A stretch of 63,516 nt of DNA from Bacteroidota bacterium (GTDB taxonomy: Bacteria; Bacteroidota; Bacteroidia; Palsa-965). The notes under the pieces were generated by a model. That model did not search any database, was not told the origin of the DNA, and saw only the letters and a list, made by a program, of their open reading frames with translations. The first letter of the stretch is position 1; each line of letters begins with the position of its first letter. The DNA is taken from contig JAJTEY010000010.1 in assembly GCA_021299855.1 (NCBI GenBank), positions 1 through 63,516 of the forward strand, in the 5' to 3' direction. The position numbers were made by a program, and so were the translations under genes. This document shows positions 9,717 through 20,483 of the stretch, piece by piece.

Positions 9717-10196
9717 ATGATCACTTTAATCGGCGTACACGAAGGAAATGTAGATGCGAAAGCGCGTCTGGTATTGCCTGTTGCTTTTAAAAAGCAGTTG
9801 CAGCCGTTATTGGATAAAGGATTTGTGTTGAAGCGGAGTGTGTTTCAAAAGTGTTTGGAACTCTATCCGATGTCCGAGTGGGAAAAGTTGATGCAGGATG
9901 TCAACAAGTTGAACCGATTCAAAAAGAAGAATGTCGATTTCATTCGTGCATTTAGTGCCGGAGTGAAAATGGTGGAAATGGATAGTAGCGGCAGAATTCT
10001 GATTCCAAAAGATCTGATGTCTTATGCAGGCATTGGAAAAAATGTAGTCATGTCCTCTGCGGTTAATGTCATTGAAATCTGGGATAAGGATGCTTACGAA
10101 AATGCAATCAACGATCCTGCAGTGGATTTTGGAGCATTAGCGGAAGATGTAATGGGTAGCATGGGTAATAAAGCCGATGACGTCGATATACCATAA
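9717..10196 (+). CDS. mraZ: division/cell wall cluster transcriptional regulator MraZ
   Basis: 159 aa with two SpoVT/AbrB-like halves (DAKARLVLP.. and DSSGRILIPK). First gene of the dcw cluster. Confidence 0.93.
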   Translation: MITLIGVHEGNVDAKARLVLPVAFKKQLQPLLDKGFVLKRSVFQKCLELYPMSEWEKLMQDVNKLNRFKKKNVDFIRAFSAGVKMVEMDSSGRILIPKDLMSYAGIGKNVVMSSAVNVIEIWDKDAYENAINDPAVDFGALAEDVMGSMGNKADDVDIP

Positions 10197-11094
10197 GTCA
10201 GTTCTTTTAAATGAATGTCTGGAGGGATTGTTAATCCGACCAAGCGGCATCTACGTTGATGTCACTTTTGGAGGCGGAGGACACACACGAGCAATTCTCG
10301 ATAGACTGAATGAAAATGGTCGCGTAATCGCTTTTGATCAGGATGAAGATGCATTGCAAAATGTACCTGATGATAAACGATTTACGCTGGTAGGGCAGAA
10401 TTTCAGATTTCTGAAAAATTTTCTGCGCTTACACGGTGCCATTCCGGTGCATGGAATTTTAGCCGACTTAGGCATTTCCTCGCATCAGATTGATCGTCCT
10501 GATCGCGGGTTTTCTACTCGCTTTGACGGGCCACTGGATATGCGCATGAATAGAAATGCTACTACTACTGCTGCTGATGTGCTCAATACCTATGAGCCGT
10601 ATCAGTTGAAAAAAATCTTCTCGCTCTACGGCGAAGTAGAAAATGCAGGACGTTTAACTCAGTTGATTGTAAATGCTCGAAACGATCAACCAATTCTCAC
10701 AATAGCAGAATTGAAAGAGGCGATCGCCGGTTGTCTTCCCCGTGGAAAAGAGTTTAGGTATCTCGCTCAGGTTTTTCAGGCGCTGCGTATTGAAATCAAT
10801 GCAGAGATGAAAGCACTTGAGGAGTTACTGAAACAATCTGTTGAGGTATTAGCTCCCGGAGGTCGATTGGTTGTGATTTCCTATCACTCGTTGGAAGATC
10901 GTATGGTTAAAAATTTTATGCGTTCCGGAAACATCGAAGGAAAGGAAGAAAAAGATTTCTATGGAAATCTAATACGACCACTCGAACCTGTGAATAGAAA
11001 ACCAATAGTTCCAACAGACGAAGAAATTGAATTGAACTCACGCGCGCGTAGCGCCAAACTAAGAATAGCAGAAAAATCGCGGATTGCGGAATGA
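10177..11094 (+). CDS. rsmH: 16S rRNA (cytosine1402-N4)-methyltransferase RsmH
   Basis: 305 aa with YHKSVLL.E, DVTFGGGGH and ISYHSLEDR motifs. Canonical position after mraZ. Confidence 0.95.
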   Translation: MTSIYHKSVLLNECLEGLLIRPSGIYVDVTFGGGGHTRAILDRLNENGRVIAFDQDEDALQNVPDDKRFTLVGQNFRFLKNFLRLHGAIPVHGILADLGISSHQIDRPDRGFSTRFDGPLDMRMNRNATTTAADVLNTYEPYQLKKIFSLYGEVENAGRLTQLIVNARNDQPILTIAELKEAIAGCLPRGKEFRYLAQVFQALRIEINAEMKALEELLKQSVEVLAPGGRLVVISYHSLEDRMVKNFMRSGNIEGKEEKDFYGNLIRPLEPVNRKPIVPTDEEIELNSRARSAKLRIAEKSRIAE

Positions 11095-11510
11095 CGAAAA
11101 ATAAGATAATAGAAAAGAAGCCGATAGAGGAGAAGCCTGAAGTAAAATCAGGTAAAGGAAATGTCGTCACTCGTACCGTTGGAAGTTTATTAAGTGGTTC
11201 ATTTTTATCAAAAGAGCAAGCGCTGCGTTCGTTGCCGTTCTTACTTTTTCTAACCGTGGTGGCGCTGTTTTATATCTCCAACGGCTATTACGCAGAAGAA
11301 CAAATTCGCAAACTGAACAGATTGAGCAACGATTTAAAAGAGTTGCGTTCGGAATTCATCATTTCAACTTCTGATGTGATGTTCATTAGTAAGCAATCAG
11401 AAGTGGCACGTTGTTCTGCACCATTAGGCATTAAAGAGTCGGTAGAACCTCCGATAAAGATCACGGTTACATCATCAGATTTAGCAGCAGCACAGGATGG
11501 AAAGCAATAA
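11091..11510 (+). CDS. ftsL: FtsL-like cell division protein (Bacteroidota type)
   Basis: 139 aa with a single TM (LPFLLFLTVVALFYI) followed by a coiled segment (IRKLNRLSNDLKELRSE). Sits between rsmH and ftsI, with ATGA overlap to rsmH. Confidence 0.7.
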   Translation: MTKNKIIEKKPIEEKPEVKSGKGNVVTRTVGSLLSGSFLSKEQALRSLPFLLFLTVVALFYISNGYYAEEQIRKLNRLSNDLKELRSEFIISTSDVMFISKQSEVARCSAPLGIKESVEPPIKITVTSSDLAAAQDGKQ

Positions 11511-13626
11511 ACATATTTTGCGTCGGGTGTATGTGGTGTACATCTTCTGCTGCGTGTTCGCGGTGGCCATCCTCTCGCGTGTATTCTTCGTACAGATTGC
11601 ACAAGGCGAAAAGTGGAAGATGGAAGCGGAAAACTTCATGGTAAATGAACTCGACATCGAAGCGGTTCGCGGAAATATTTTCGCTGTCGACGGATCCTTG
11701 TTAGCAACGTCACTTCCTTATTATGAAGTAGGAATAGATCCCTTCGCAAATTCTTTTATTGATGATGCAGAGTTTCAGGACAGTGCACGTGCACTTGCAA
11801 AAGGTCTTGCTTATGTATTGGCAGAAAAGAGTGAGCGTGATTATGCACGATTAATTCTCAAAGCACGAAAAGACGGAGATCGTTATCAGTTGCTGGCAAG
11901 AAATGTTTCGTTTAAGCAGTTGCAGGAGTTAAAGAAGTTGCCACTTTTCCGTGTAGGTAAATACAAGGGTGGTTTCATCTATGTACAAACGAATAAGCGT
12001 GAATTGCCTTTCCGAATGTTGGCAGCACGTACTATAGGTTATGCTCGTCCTGATGGATTGAAGGTAGGTCTTGAAGGTGCATATGACTCGGTATTGACCG
12101 GAATTAGCGGTAAGCGCTTGATGCGAAAAATTGCAGGTGGAGTTTGGATGCCGCTGAATAACGATAATGAAATTGAACCTCAACACGGTAAAGATGTCGT
12201 TACGACAATTGACATCAATATTCAGGATGTTGCAGAGAACGCTCTAATGAATTCGTTAAGTGCACACGATGCAAAGTATGGTTGTGTAGTGTTGATGGAA
12301 GTAACTACAGGCGAGATTCGCGCTATTGCTAATCTCACTAGAAAAGATTCCGGTGTGTATCAAGAAGATTTCAACTATGCGATAGCAGATGCACGCGAAC
12401 CGGGGTCAACGTTCAAACTTGCTTCTCTTCTTGTTGCAATGAATGATGGCGTTGCAAAGCTTACTGACAAGGTTGATCTCAATAGTGGTGAATACAAGTA
12501 CTTCGATCGCACCATGAAAGATTCTCATCCTCCCAAAAAGAATGAAGTAACGTTAGAGGAAGCGTTTTGGGAGTCAAGTAATGTTGGAATTTCTCGCATC
12601 ATTCATCGTGCATACGCCAAACAACCGAAACAGTTTACAGACGGTTTAGATCAAATCGGTTTTGGTAAGCAACTTGGTTTGTCAATTGCGGGTGAAGGAA
12701 AATCACGAATTAAAAATGCAGGCGACAAAGATTGGTATGGTACTTCATTACCGTGGTTATCGATAGGCTACGAATCGTTAATCACTCCATTACAGACGCT
12801 CACATTATATAACGCTGTTGCTAATAATGGTGTGATGGTGAAACCTCGATTAGTAAAAGAAATTCAGGATCGCGGTAAAGTAGTGGAGTCATTTCCAATT
12901 GAAATAATTAATCCGGCAATTGCTAAGCCGGAGGCCGTTGCTGCCGCACAACAACTGCTGGAAGGCGTTGTGCAAAATGGGACTGCTAAGAGTTTGAAGA
13001 ATACATCATATCGCGTTGCCGGGAAAACGGGAACAGCGCAGGTGGCGCAGGGCAAAGGCTACAAGGGGGCAAATGGTGTAACCTATCAAGCTTCGTTCGT
13101 AGGTTATTTCCCCGCAGACAAACCGAAATATTCGTGCATTGTAATTGTCAACGCACCTTCTAATGACGCATACTACGGTGGTGTTGTTGCAGGTCCTGTG
13201 TTTAAGCAAATCGCAGATCGCGTTTATGCTACTGAATTAGATATTCATAACGCGCAACCTTCAAAAAATCCGATCGCTGAACTACCTAGCGTAAAGCGCG
13301 GGTTGTACGCACACACAATGCTCGCAGCAAACGGATTGATGTTGAAGACAAACGGAGAATCATTTTCAGAGTCTGATGTAATCGATTTAAAGAAAACTGA
13401 CTCCGGTGCTGTCTATCAAAGCAGTAAGGTTAATGTTGAATCAATATTAAAAAAGAAAACTATGCCGGATATGCGCGGTATGGTGGGTGCAGATGCTTTG
13501 TTCTTGCTGGAATCAGCAGGTTATCGTGTACGCATCAAAGGAGCGGGCTCAGTTAAAAGTCAGTCTGTTCCGATGGGTACAGCTTTGAAACCAAATGATG
13601 AAATCGAACTCGAATTGTCTTTATGA
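11497..13626 (+). CDS. ftsI: penicillin-binding protein, FtsI/PBP3-class transpeptidase with C-terminal PASTA domain
   Basis: 709 aa with N-terminal TM and motifs STFK, SSN and KTGT. PASTA-like tail (MPDMRGMVGADALFLLESAGYRVRIKG). Confidence 0.9.
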   Translation: MESNKHILRRVYVVYIFCCVFAVAILSRVFFVQIAQGEKWKMEAENFMVNELDIEAVRGNIFAVDGSLLATSLPYYEVGIDPFANSFIDDAEFQDSARALAKGLAYVLAEKSERDYARLILKARKDGDRYQLLARNVSFKQLQELKKLPLFRVGKYKGGFIYVQTNKRELPFRMLAARTIGYARPDGLKVGLEGAYDSVLTGISGKRLMRKIAGGVWMPLNNDNEIEPQHGKDVVTTIDINIQDVAENALMNSLSAHDAKYGCVVLMEVTTGEIRAIANLTRKDSGVYQEDFNYAIADAREPGSTFKLASLLVAMNDGVAKLTDKVDLNSGEYKYFDRTMKDSHPPKKNEVTLEEAFWESSNVGISRIIHRAYAKQPKQFTDGLDQIGFGKQLGLSIAGEGKSRIKNAGDKDWYGTSLPWLSIGYESLITPLQTLTLYNAVANNGVMVKPRLVKEIQDRGKVVESFPIEIINPAIAKPEAVAAAQQLLEGVVQNGTAKSLKNTSYRVAGKTGTAQVAQGKGYKGANGVTYQASFVGYFPADKPKYSCIVIVNAPSNDAYYGGVVAGPVFKQIADRVYATELDIHNAQPSKNPIAELPSVKRGLYAHTMLAANGLMLKTNGESFSESDVIDLKKTDSGAVYQSSKVNVESILKKKTMPDMRGMVGADALFLLESAGYRVRIKGAGSVKSQSVPMGTALKPNDEIELELSL

Positions 13627-15086
13627 AATTATTGCGCGACATATTATATAAAGTTCAGTTAGTCGAAGTTCACGGCTCAACTAATGTTGCAGTCGCTGCA
13701 ATTACGTTCGATTCTCGCAGAATCACCAAGGAATGCATGTTCGTTGCTGTTCGTGGTGTTACAACCGACGGTCACGCGTTTATCAATAGCGCACAATCTT
13801 CCGGCGCTGTTGTTATTGTGTGTGAAGAGTTACCTGCAGAACGCTCTGATAAGGTTACCTACGTGTTGGTTGCCGATTCATCTTCAGCACTCGGCGTTAT
13901 GGCTGCTAACTTCTATGACAATCCATCGGAATCATTGAAGTTGGTGGGCGTTACCGGCACTAACGGAAAAACAACAACAGTAACGTTGTTATACCGCTTA
14001 TTCAAGGATCTCGGTTATAAAGTAGGCATGTTGACTACTGTGCGCAACATGATCAACGGAGAGGAGATCCTTGCAACGCACACAACGCCTGATGCAATAG
14101 AGTTGAATCGCTTACTGCGTCAAATGGTTGATGCCGGATGTAAGTACGCATTCATGGAAGTGAGTTCGCATAGCGTTGTGCAAAAAAGAATTCATGGAGT
14201 CCGTTTTGCAGGTGGCGTGTTTACAAATATTACGCACGATCATTTAGACTATCACAAAACTTTCGATGCATATATCAAAGCCAAGAAAGGTTTCTTTGAT
14301 CAGCTACCAGGTGATGCATTTGCACTGATTAATAAAGATGATGCCAACGGTGCGGTGATGGTACAAAACACACGGGCATTGAAGAGAAGTTTCTCTGTAC
14401 AACATCTTGCTGATTTCAAGTGTCGCGTTCTCGAAAATCACTTCACAGGATTACATCTTTCTATGGATGGTACAGAAATGTGGAGTCGATTGATCGGATC
14501 ATTCAACGCATACAACTTGACCGCTGTTTACGCGACTGCGATTCTTTTGGGTCGCGATAAAATGCATGTGTTAACAACACTGAGCACGTTGAATTCTGTG
14601 GAAGGTAGATTTCAGTATGTGCGTTCAGACTCAGGAATTATTGGCATCGTTGACTATGCACATACTCCGGATGCGCTTGAAAATGTTTTACGAACGATCA
14701 ATGATATCCGTGGTGGTAATGAGTCGGTAATCACAATTGTTGGATGCGGAGGTGATCGTGATGCTGCCAAACGTCCAATCATGGCAGCTATTGCAGCTAA
14801 CAATAGCGAAAAAACTATTCTCACTTCTGACAATCCAAGAAGTGAAGATCCTGCAAGCATTATCAAAATGATGGAAGCCGGTGTGGAAGCGCACAATGCA
14901 CGTAAAGTGTTGTCCATAGTCGATCGAAGAGAGGCAATCCGCACAGCAGTGGCATTGGCTAAGCCCGGCGATATCATTCTTGTGGCCGGAAAGGGTCACG
15001 AAAAATATCAGGAAGTCAACGGTGTTAAGCATCTATTTGATGACCTGCAAATATTAACGGAAGAGTTGAACTTAAAAACACACTAA
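13623..15086 (+). CDS. murE: UDP-N-acetylmuramoyl-L-alanyl-D-glutamate--2,6-diaminopimelate ligase
   Basis: 487 aa with Mur ligase P-loop [11 protein letters not shown], the DNPR motif ([10 protein letters not shown]) and dcw context. Confidence 0.93.
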   Translation: MKLLRDILYKVQLVEVHGSTNVAVAAITFDSRRITKECMFVAVRGVTTDGHAFINSAQSSGAVVIVCEELPAERSDKVTYVLVADSSSALGVMAANFYDNPSESLKLVGVTGTNGKTTTVTLLYRLFKDLGYKVGMLTTVRNMINGEEILATHTTPDAIELNRLLRQMVDAGCKYAFMEVSSHSVVQKRIHGVRFAGGVFTNITHDHLDYHKTFDAYIKAKKGFFDQLPGDAFALINKDDANGAVMVQNTRALKRSFSVQHLADFKCRVLENHFTGLHLSMDGTEMWSRLIGSFNAYNLTAVYATAILLGRDKMHVLTTLSTLNSVEGRFQYVRSDSGIIGIVDYAHTPDALENVLRTINDIRGGNESVITIVGCGGDRDAAKRPIMAAIAANNSEKTILTSDNPRSEDPASIIKMMEAGVEAHNARKVLSIVDRREAIRTAVALAKPGDIILVAGKGHEKYQEVNGVKHLFDDLQILTEELNLKTH

Positions 15087-15090
15087 GTAC

Positions 15091-16368
15091 ATGTTGTACT
15101 ATCTGTTCTATTGGCTAGACCAAGCGTATAATTTCCCCGGAGCCGGAGTGTTTCGTTACATCTCTTTCCGTGCTGCTATGGCCGTGTTTGTGTCGTTGCT
15201 CATTTCCATGGTGTTCGGGAAGCGCATCATTGGTTTTCTACGTCGAATGCAAGTGGGCGAAACGGTTCGAGATCTGGGCTTAACCGGCCAGAAAGAAAAA
15301 GAAGGCACACCAACTATGGGTGGCTTGATCATCTTGTCTGCAATTCTTATTCCAACATTATTGTTCGCGCGATTGGATAACATCTACATCATTCTGATGA
15401 TTGTTTCTACAATTTGGTTAGGTATCATTGGTTTTCTTGACGATTATATTAAAGTTTTTAAGAAGGATAAAGCGGGCTTGCACGGGAAGTTTAAGGTGAT
15501 GGGTCAAATAGGTTTGGGAGTAATTGTTGGATGCACTCTGTATTTCAGTGATGCTGTTGTCGTTCGTGAAAAAGTTAATCCGGAAAGTAAAGATTTACTA
15601 TCACTCACAAGCGGCACTCCTGCAGCTCAAAATGTGAATGGTAATGATCTTCCATTGTTTTCTAAAAATGAAACGAAATCGCTTGCAACTACAATCCCCT
15701 TTTTAAAGAATAATGAATTCGACTATACGGATATCGCCGGAGTTTTTGGTGACGCGGCACGTCAGTGGGCCTGGATCATTTTTATTCCGATTGTGATCTT
15801 CATCATTACCGCTGTTTCCAACGGTGCTAATGTTACGGATGGAATTGACGGACTCGCTGCCGGCACATCTGCTATTATCGGTGTGGTACTTGGTATTCTG
15901 GCATACGTATCGGGTAATACCATTTTCGCGGATTACCTAAATATCATGTACATACCTGACACAGGCGAGTTGGTAATTTTTATTGCAGCATTTGTTGGTG
16001 CATGTGTCGGTTTCTTATGGTACAATGCTTATCCGGCTCAAGTGTTCATGGGTGATACGGGCAGTCTCGCGTTGGGAGGAATTATCGCGGTGTTCGCGAT
16101 CGCTATTCGCAAAGAGTTACTCATACCGATTATCTGCGGCGTATTTCTGGTGGAAAATTTGAGTGTCATACTTCAGGTTGCTGTTTTCAAATACCGCAAA
16201 AAGAAATTCGGTATCGACTACGCGAAAGCGAATCGCTTATTCCTGATGTCACCATTGCATCACCATTATCAGAAGAAAGGCTTTCATGAATCCAAAATTG
16301 TATCACGATTCTGGATTGTTGGAATCATGTTGGGCGTACTGGCAATCGCAACATTGAAACTGAGATAA
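15091..16368 (+). CDS. mraY: phospho-N-acetylmuramoyl-pentapeptide-transferase
   Basis: 425-aa polytopic membrane protein with [13 protein letters not shown] and [11 protein letters not shown] motifs. Confidence 0.95.
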   Translation: MLYYLFYWLDQAYNFPGAGVFRYISFRAAMAVFVSLLISMVFGKRIIGFLRRMQVGETVRDLGLTGQKEKEGTPTMGGLIILSAILIPTLLFARLDNIYIILMIVSTIWLGIIGFLDDYIKVFKKDKAGLHGKFKVMGQIGLGVIVGCTLYFSDAVVVREKVNPESKDLLSLTSGTPAAQNVNGNDLPLFSKNETKSLATTIPFLKNNEFDYTDIAGVFGDAARQWAWIIFIPIVIFIITAVSNGANVTDGIDGLAAGTSAIIGVVLGILAYVSGNTIFADYLNIMYIPDTGELVIFIAAFVGACVGFLWYNAYPAQVFMGDTGSLALGGIIAVFAIAIRKELLIPIICGVFLVENLSVILQVAVFKYRKKKFGIDYAKANRLFLMSPLHHHYQKKGFHESKIVSRFWIVGIMLGVLAIATLKLR

Positions 16369-16369
16369 G

Positions 16370-17707
16370 ATGTCAAAGCGCCTGGTAATACTTGGAGGAG
16401 GTGAAAGTGGAGTGGGAGCCGCTTTGTTGGCGCAGAAGCAGGGATACGCGGTTTTCGTAAGTGATAAAGGAGAGATTAAAAAAAAATATAAAGACGTTCT
16501 TTCAAATCATGGAATTGAATGGGAAGAGTTGAAACATACTCCCGAGCTCATTTTGACCGCAGATGAAGTCATTAAGAGTCCCGGAATTCCGCAGCATGTT
16601 GAAATAATTAAAGCAATACGCGCGAAAGGAATTTCGGTTATCTCTGAAATAGAATTTGCAGCACGATTCACTAATGCCAAGATGATCTGTGTAACAGGCA
16701 GTAATGGTAAAACAACAACAGCGTCGTTGATTTATCATGTGCTGCAGAAGGCGGGATTGAATGTGGCACTCGGTGGTAACGTGGGCAAGAGCTTTGCAGC
16801 ACTCGTGGCTGAAGGTAGTTATGATTATTTCGTGTTGGAGTTAAGCAGCTTTCAGCTTGAAGATATGTACGAGTTCAAAGCGCATATAGCAATCATCACC
16901 AACATTACGCCGGATCATTTAGATCGTTACGAATACGATGTTACAAAGTATGCAGCGGCCAAGTTTCGCATCACGCAAAATCAAACAACGGAAGATACAC
17001 TGATTTGGTGTCTTGATGATGAGATCACGAATCAACTGTTGTCAAAAGTTTCAGGTAATGCACGACGATTTCCCTTTTCCATTCAACAACATGTCGAAGA
17101 AGGCGCATTTGTAGAAAACAACCAAATCAATATAACTGTAAATAACACAAACCTGTCTATGACCATCGAAGAATTAGCATTGCAAGGGAAACACAATTTG
17201 TACAATTCAATGGCTGCCGGTATTGCCGGACGCTTGCTGGATGTACGTAAAGAAACTATTCGTGAAAGTTTAAGCGACTTCCAAAGTGTGGAACATCGTT
17301 TGGAATTTGTAGCACGAATTAACAACATCGATTTTATCAACGATTCTAAAGCAACCAATGTGAATTCTACTTGGTATGCGTTGGAAAGCATGTCAACTCC
17401 TGTAGTTTGGATTGTTGGTGGTGTTGATAAAGGCAACGATTACACATCACTTTTCGAATTAGTAAAAGAAAAGGTGCGTGCAATTATTTGTCTGGGTACT
17501 GATAACTCTAAAATCATCAGTGCCTTTGGCGACAAGGTCGATATGATCGTTGAAGCAGGAAGTGCTCAGGAAGCGGTTGCGCTTTCATATCGTTTGGCTA
17601 AAAAAGGTGATTCGGTGTTATTGTCACCTGCATGTGCAAGTTTCGATATGTTCGAAAACTACGAAGATCGTGGACGTCAATTTAAAAGTGCTGTAAAAGG
17701 ATTGTAA
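16370..17707 (+). CDS. murD: UDP-N-acetylmuramoylalanine--D-glutamate ligase
   Basis: 445 aa with GGGESG Rossmann N-terminus, P-loop VTGSNGKTTT and NDSKATN motif. Full-length C-terminal domain is present. Confidence 0.95.
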   Translation: MSKRLVILGGGESGVGAALLAQKQGYAVFVSDKGEIKKKYKDVLSNHGIEWEELKHTPELILTADEVIKSPGIPQHVEIIKAIRAKGISVISEIEFAARFTNAKMICVTGSNGKTTTASLIYHVLQKAGLNVALGGNVGKSFAALVAEGSYDYFVLELSSFQLEDMYEFKAHIAIITNITPDHLDRYEYDVTKYAAAKFRITQNQTTEDTLIWCLDDEITNQLLSKVSGNARRFPFSIQQHVEEGAFVENNQINITVNNTNLSMTIEELALQGKHNLYNSMAAGIAGRLLDVRKETIRESLSDFQSVEHRLEFVARINNIDFINDSKATNVNSTWYALESMSTPVVWIVGGVDKGNDYTSLFELVKEKVRAIICLGTDNSKIISAFGDKVDMIVEAGSAQEAVALSYRLAKKGDSVLLSPACASFDMFENYEDRGRQFKSAVKGL

Positions 17708-17708
17708 T

Positions 17709-18200
17709 ATGTTGCTTACGCTCGAACATCATCAGCAATTGTTGCAGGCTCGTTTGAGAATGCAAGGTGATACAAATCATCACATGGAACACGTTGTAGA
17801 ACGTAACGGTGTAGTCTGGTTGAATCATTCTATTGCCACAAGTTTCGAGATGGTTGCCATTGCGCTGAAGGATATTCCTCAAAACGTAGTGGTGATTCTG
17901 GGCGGTGTTGATCGATTCAATGAACACCATGTATTTGCACCGGCATTTCATGGCAAAGTAACGGGCTTGGTTTGTTTGGGTTCAACAAGAGACAGATATT
18001 TTAAGGCCTTTGGACAGGTAGTGCCTTTGATTGTTTCTGCGAACTCGCTTGCCGAAGCGGTGCAGCTTGCCGACAAGATGGTAATGCGGGATACGCAGTG
18101 TGTCTTGTTCGCTCCGGGGTGTCCGAGCTATGATGCTTTTGATAATTACAAGAATAGAGGTGATGAATTTAAACGCGTAGTAAAAGCTGCGCTTATTTAG
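17709..18200 (+). CDS. stand-alone diverged paralog of the MurD C-terminal (Mur_ligase_C) domain
   Basis: 163 aa; the ATG begins 1 nt after the murD stop. It aligns along its whole length to MurD residues from about 300 to the end: MEHVVE/VEHRLE, NHSIATS/NDSKATN, VVVILGGVDRFNEH/VVWIVGGVDKGNDY, LVCLGS/IICLGT, LFAPGCPSYDAFDNYKNRGDEFK/LLSPACASFDMFENYEDRGRQFK. Confidence 0.75.
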   Translation: MLLTLEHHQQLLQARLRMQGDTNHHMEHVVERNGVVWLNHSIATSFEMVAIALKDIPQNVVVILGGVDRFNEHHVFAPAFHGKVTGLVCLGSTRDRYFKAFGQVVPLIVSANSLAEAVQLADKMVMRDTQCVLFAPGCPSYDAFDNYKNRGDEFKRVVKAALI

Positions 18201-18202
18201 AA

Positions 18203-19384
18203 ATGGGAATCAACGTATTTAAATATTTCAAAGGAGACAAGGCAATCTGGATGATTGTGTTAATCCTTTCGTTGATGTCATTGATGGCAGTATACAGCTC
18301 TGTGGTTACACTAGCGTACAAACATCATGATGGTAATACGTTGCATTATTTATTTAAACATCTCAAAATTATTGTATTGGGATTTGTCTTGATGTATATC
18401 ACACACAGAGTTAAGTATGGATATTTCTCCAGGATATCACAGATCATGTTGATTGCCGCAGTGCCTTTGTTGTTATACACATTGATAAAAGGTGCTAATC
18501 TGAACGAAGCGAGCCGCTGGATTGCTATACCGGGAACCGGACTGACATTTCAAACTTCCGATTTCGCAAAACTCGCCTTGATCATGTACATCGCTCGCGT
18601 CCTAACGCAGCAGCAATCTAAGCTTGATGATTTCAAAACGGTGTTGTTGCATGTAATGTTGCCTGCAGGTGTAATCAGTGCACTAATTCTCCCTGCTAAC
18701 TTTTCTACTGCGGCATTACTTTTTACTACTTGTTTAATTCTGATGTTCATTGGTGGAGTGAAGCTTAAATATATAGGAGCCGTTTTGGGCATCGCTGTTG
18801 TCGGCTTCATGTTATTATTATTGTTAGGTGCGGCTTTCCCTAAGACTTTGCCGCGTATTGATACCTGGAAGCAACGTATTGTGAATTTCGTTGGTGGCGA
18901 AGAAGAGCAAGATGCGGATAAAAATTATCAGGCAAACCAGGCAAAAATTGCTGTTGCAACCGGAGGATTTATGGGTAAAGGACCGGGCAATAGCACTCAG
19001 CGAAACTTCTTACCTCACCCGTATTCTGATTTTATTTTCGCAATAGCTATTGAAGAATATGGGAGTGTAATGGGCGGTATTGGCATTGTCGGATTATATC
19101 TATGGTTACTATTCCGCGGCATTCGCGTTGCTACTCGAAGTAAAAAAACGTACGGTACATTATTAGCATTCGGGTTGTCATTCAGTCTCATTTTTCAGGG
19201 TATGATTAACATGGCTGTCGCGGTAAATTTATTTCCGGTTACAGGTCAGCCATTACCTTTCTTAAGTATGGGTGGTACAAGCATTTTGTTCTCAAGTTTA
19301 GCGATTGGAATTATTTTGAGTGTCAGCAGAGAGTCGGAAGAAGAAGATAGCACACAGAAAGGAGGTGAAATTGCGACCGCTTAA
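18203..19384 (+). CDS. ftsW: peptidoglycan glycosyltransferase FtsW (SEDS family)
   Basis: 393-aa polytopic SEDS protein (..PHPYSDFIFA.., PVTGQPLPFLSMGGTS) between the murD region and murG. Confidence 0.92.
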   Translation: MGINVFKYFKGDKAIWMIVLILSLMSLMAVYSSVVTLAYKHHDGNTLHYLFKHLKIIVLGFVLMYITHRVKYGYFSRISQIMLIAAVPLLLYTLIKGANLNEASRWIAIPGTGLTFQTSDFAKLALIMYIARVLTQQQSKLDDFKTVLLHVMLPAGVISALILPANFSTAALLFTTCLILMFIGGVKLKYIGAVLGIAVVGFMLLLLLGAAFPKTLPRIDTWKQRIVNFVGGEEEQDADKNYQANQAKIAVATGGFMGKGPGNSTQRNFLPHPYSDFIFAIAIEEYGSVMGGIGIVGLYLWLLFRGIRVATRSKKTYGTLLAFGLSFSLIFQGMINMAVAVNLFPVTGQPLPFLSMGGTSILFSSLAIGIILSVSRESEEEDSTQKGGEIATA

Positions 19385-20483
19385 GTTTATCATCAGTGGA
19401 GGTGGAACGGGAGGACATATTTTCCCTGCTATCGCAATTGCAAATGCTTTAAAAGCAAGACTTCCTGACGCGGAGTTTTTATTCGTCGGTGCTGAAGGTC
19501 GCATGGAAATGGAAAAAGTTCCTGCCGCCGGATATAAAATCGAAGGTTTATGGATTAGTGGATTGCAACGTCGATTGACTTTAAGTAATCTGGCATTTCC
19601 ATTTAAAGTGATCAGCAGTTTGTTGAAGGCAAAAAGAATTCTGAAAGATTTTAAACCTGATGCTGTAATTGGAACCGGAGGCTATGCAAGCGGACCAATG
19701 TTAAGAGTTGCAGCAAATGCAGGCGTCGTTACTCTAATTCAGGAACAAAATTCATATCCCGGTATTACTAATAAATTGTTGGCTTCAAAAGTTGATCGTG
19801 TGTGTGTCGCTTATGAAAACATGGATCGCTTTTTCCCGAAACAAAAAATTGTAATGACGGGCAATCCTGTCCGACAGGATATTTTAAATCTTGATGGTAA
19901 GAAAGCGCGCGCGTTGGAACAATTTAATTTGAACAGCGACAAGTTAACCATCTTGGTTATCGGAGGAAGCTTAGGGGCACGATCAATTAATCAAGCAGTT
20001 TCGGGAATTCTAAAGGTTTTATCGGACAGTAATGTGCAATTAATCTGGCAAACAGGTAATGCGTATCATCCCAAAGCAGTAGAAGATCTTAAAGCTTCCG
20101 GTGTTTCAAATTTTTTTGTCGCGCCATTTATTTCCAGAATGGATTTGGCCTATAGTGCAGCTGATATTGTTGTCTCGCGTGCAGGCGCAAGTTCAATTTC
20201 TGAATTGTGTATAACCGGCAAAGCGAGCATTTTGGTGCCTTCGCCTAATGTTGCGGAAGATCATCAAACCAAGAATGCGTTAGCATTGGTGCAGAAGGGT
20301 GCTGCAATGCTGATTAAAGATCAAGAGGTAGGTTCTGGTTTGGCGGCTGCATTGAAAAAACTTATCGAAAGCGAAGAAGTTCGTGTAGAGTTGTCTTTAA
20401 AAATATCTATGCTCGCAATGCCGAATTCAGCCGATCTGATTGCGGGTGAAGTGTTGAACTTGTTAAATAAGCGGAATGTATAG
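19320..20483 (+). CDS. murG: undecaprenyldiphospho-muramoylpentapeptide beta-N-acetylglucosaminyltransferase
   Basis: GGGTGGHIFPAIAIA N-terminal motif and a GT28 C-terminal domain. The true start is uncertain: ATG 19320 overlaps ftsW by 65 nt, while in-frame GTG 19365 or TTG 19371, preceded by AGGAGG, would give the usual short N-terminus. Confidence 0.9.
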   Translation: MSAESRKKKIAHRKEVKLRPLKFIISGGGTGGHIFPAIAIANALKARLPDAEFLFVGAEGRMEMEKVPAAGYKIEGLWISGLQRRLTLSNLAFPFKVISSLLKAKRILKDFKPDAVIGTGGYASGPMLRVAANAGVVTLIQEQNSYPGITNKLLASKVDRVCVAYENMDRFFPKQKIVMTGNPVRQDILNLDGKKARALEQFNLNSDKLTILVIGGSLGARSINQAVSGILKVLSDSNVQLIWQTGNAYHPKAVEDLKASGVSNFFVAPFISRMDLAYSAADIVVSRAGASSISELCITGKASILVPSPNVAEDHQTKNALALVQKGAAMLIKDQEVGSGLAAALKKLIESEEVRVELSLKISMLAMPNSADLIAGEVLNLLNKRNV

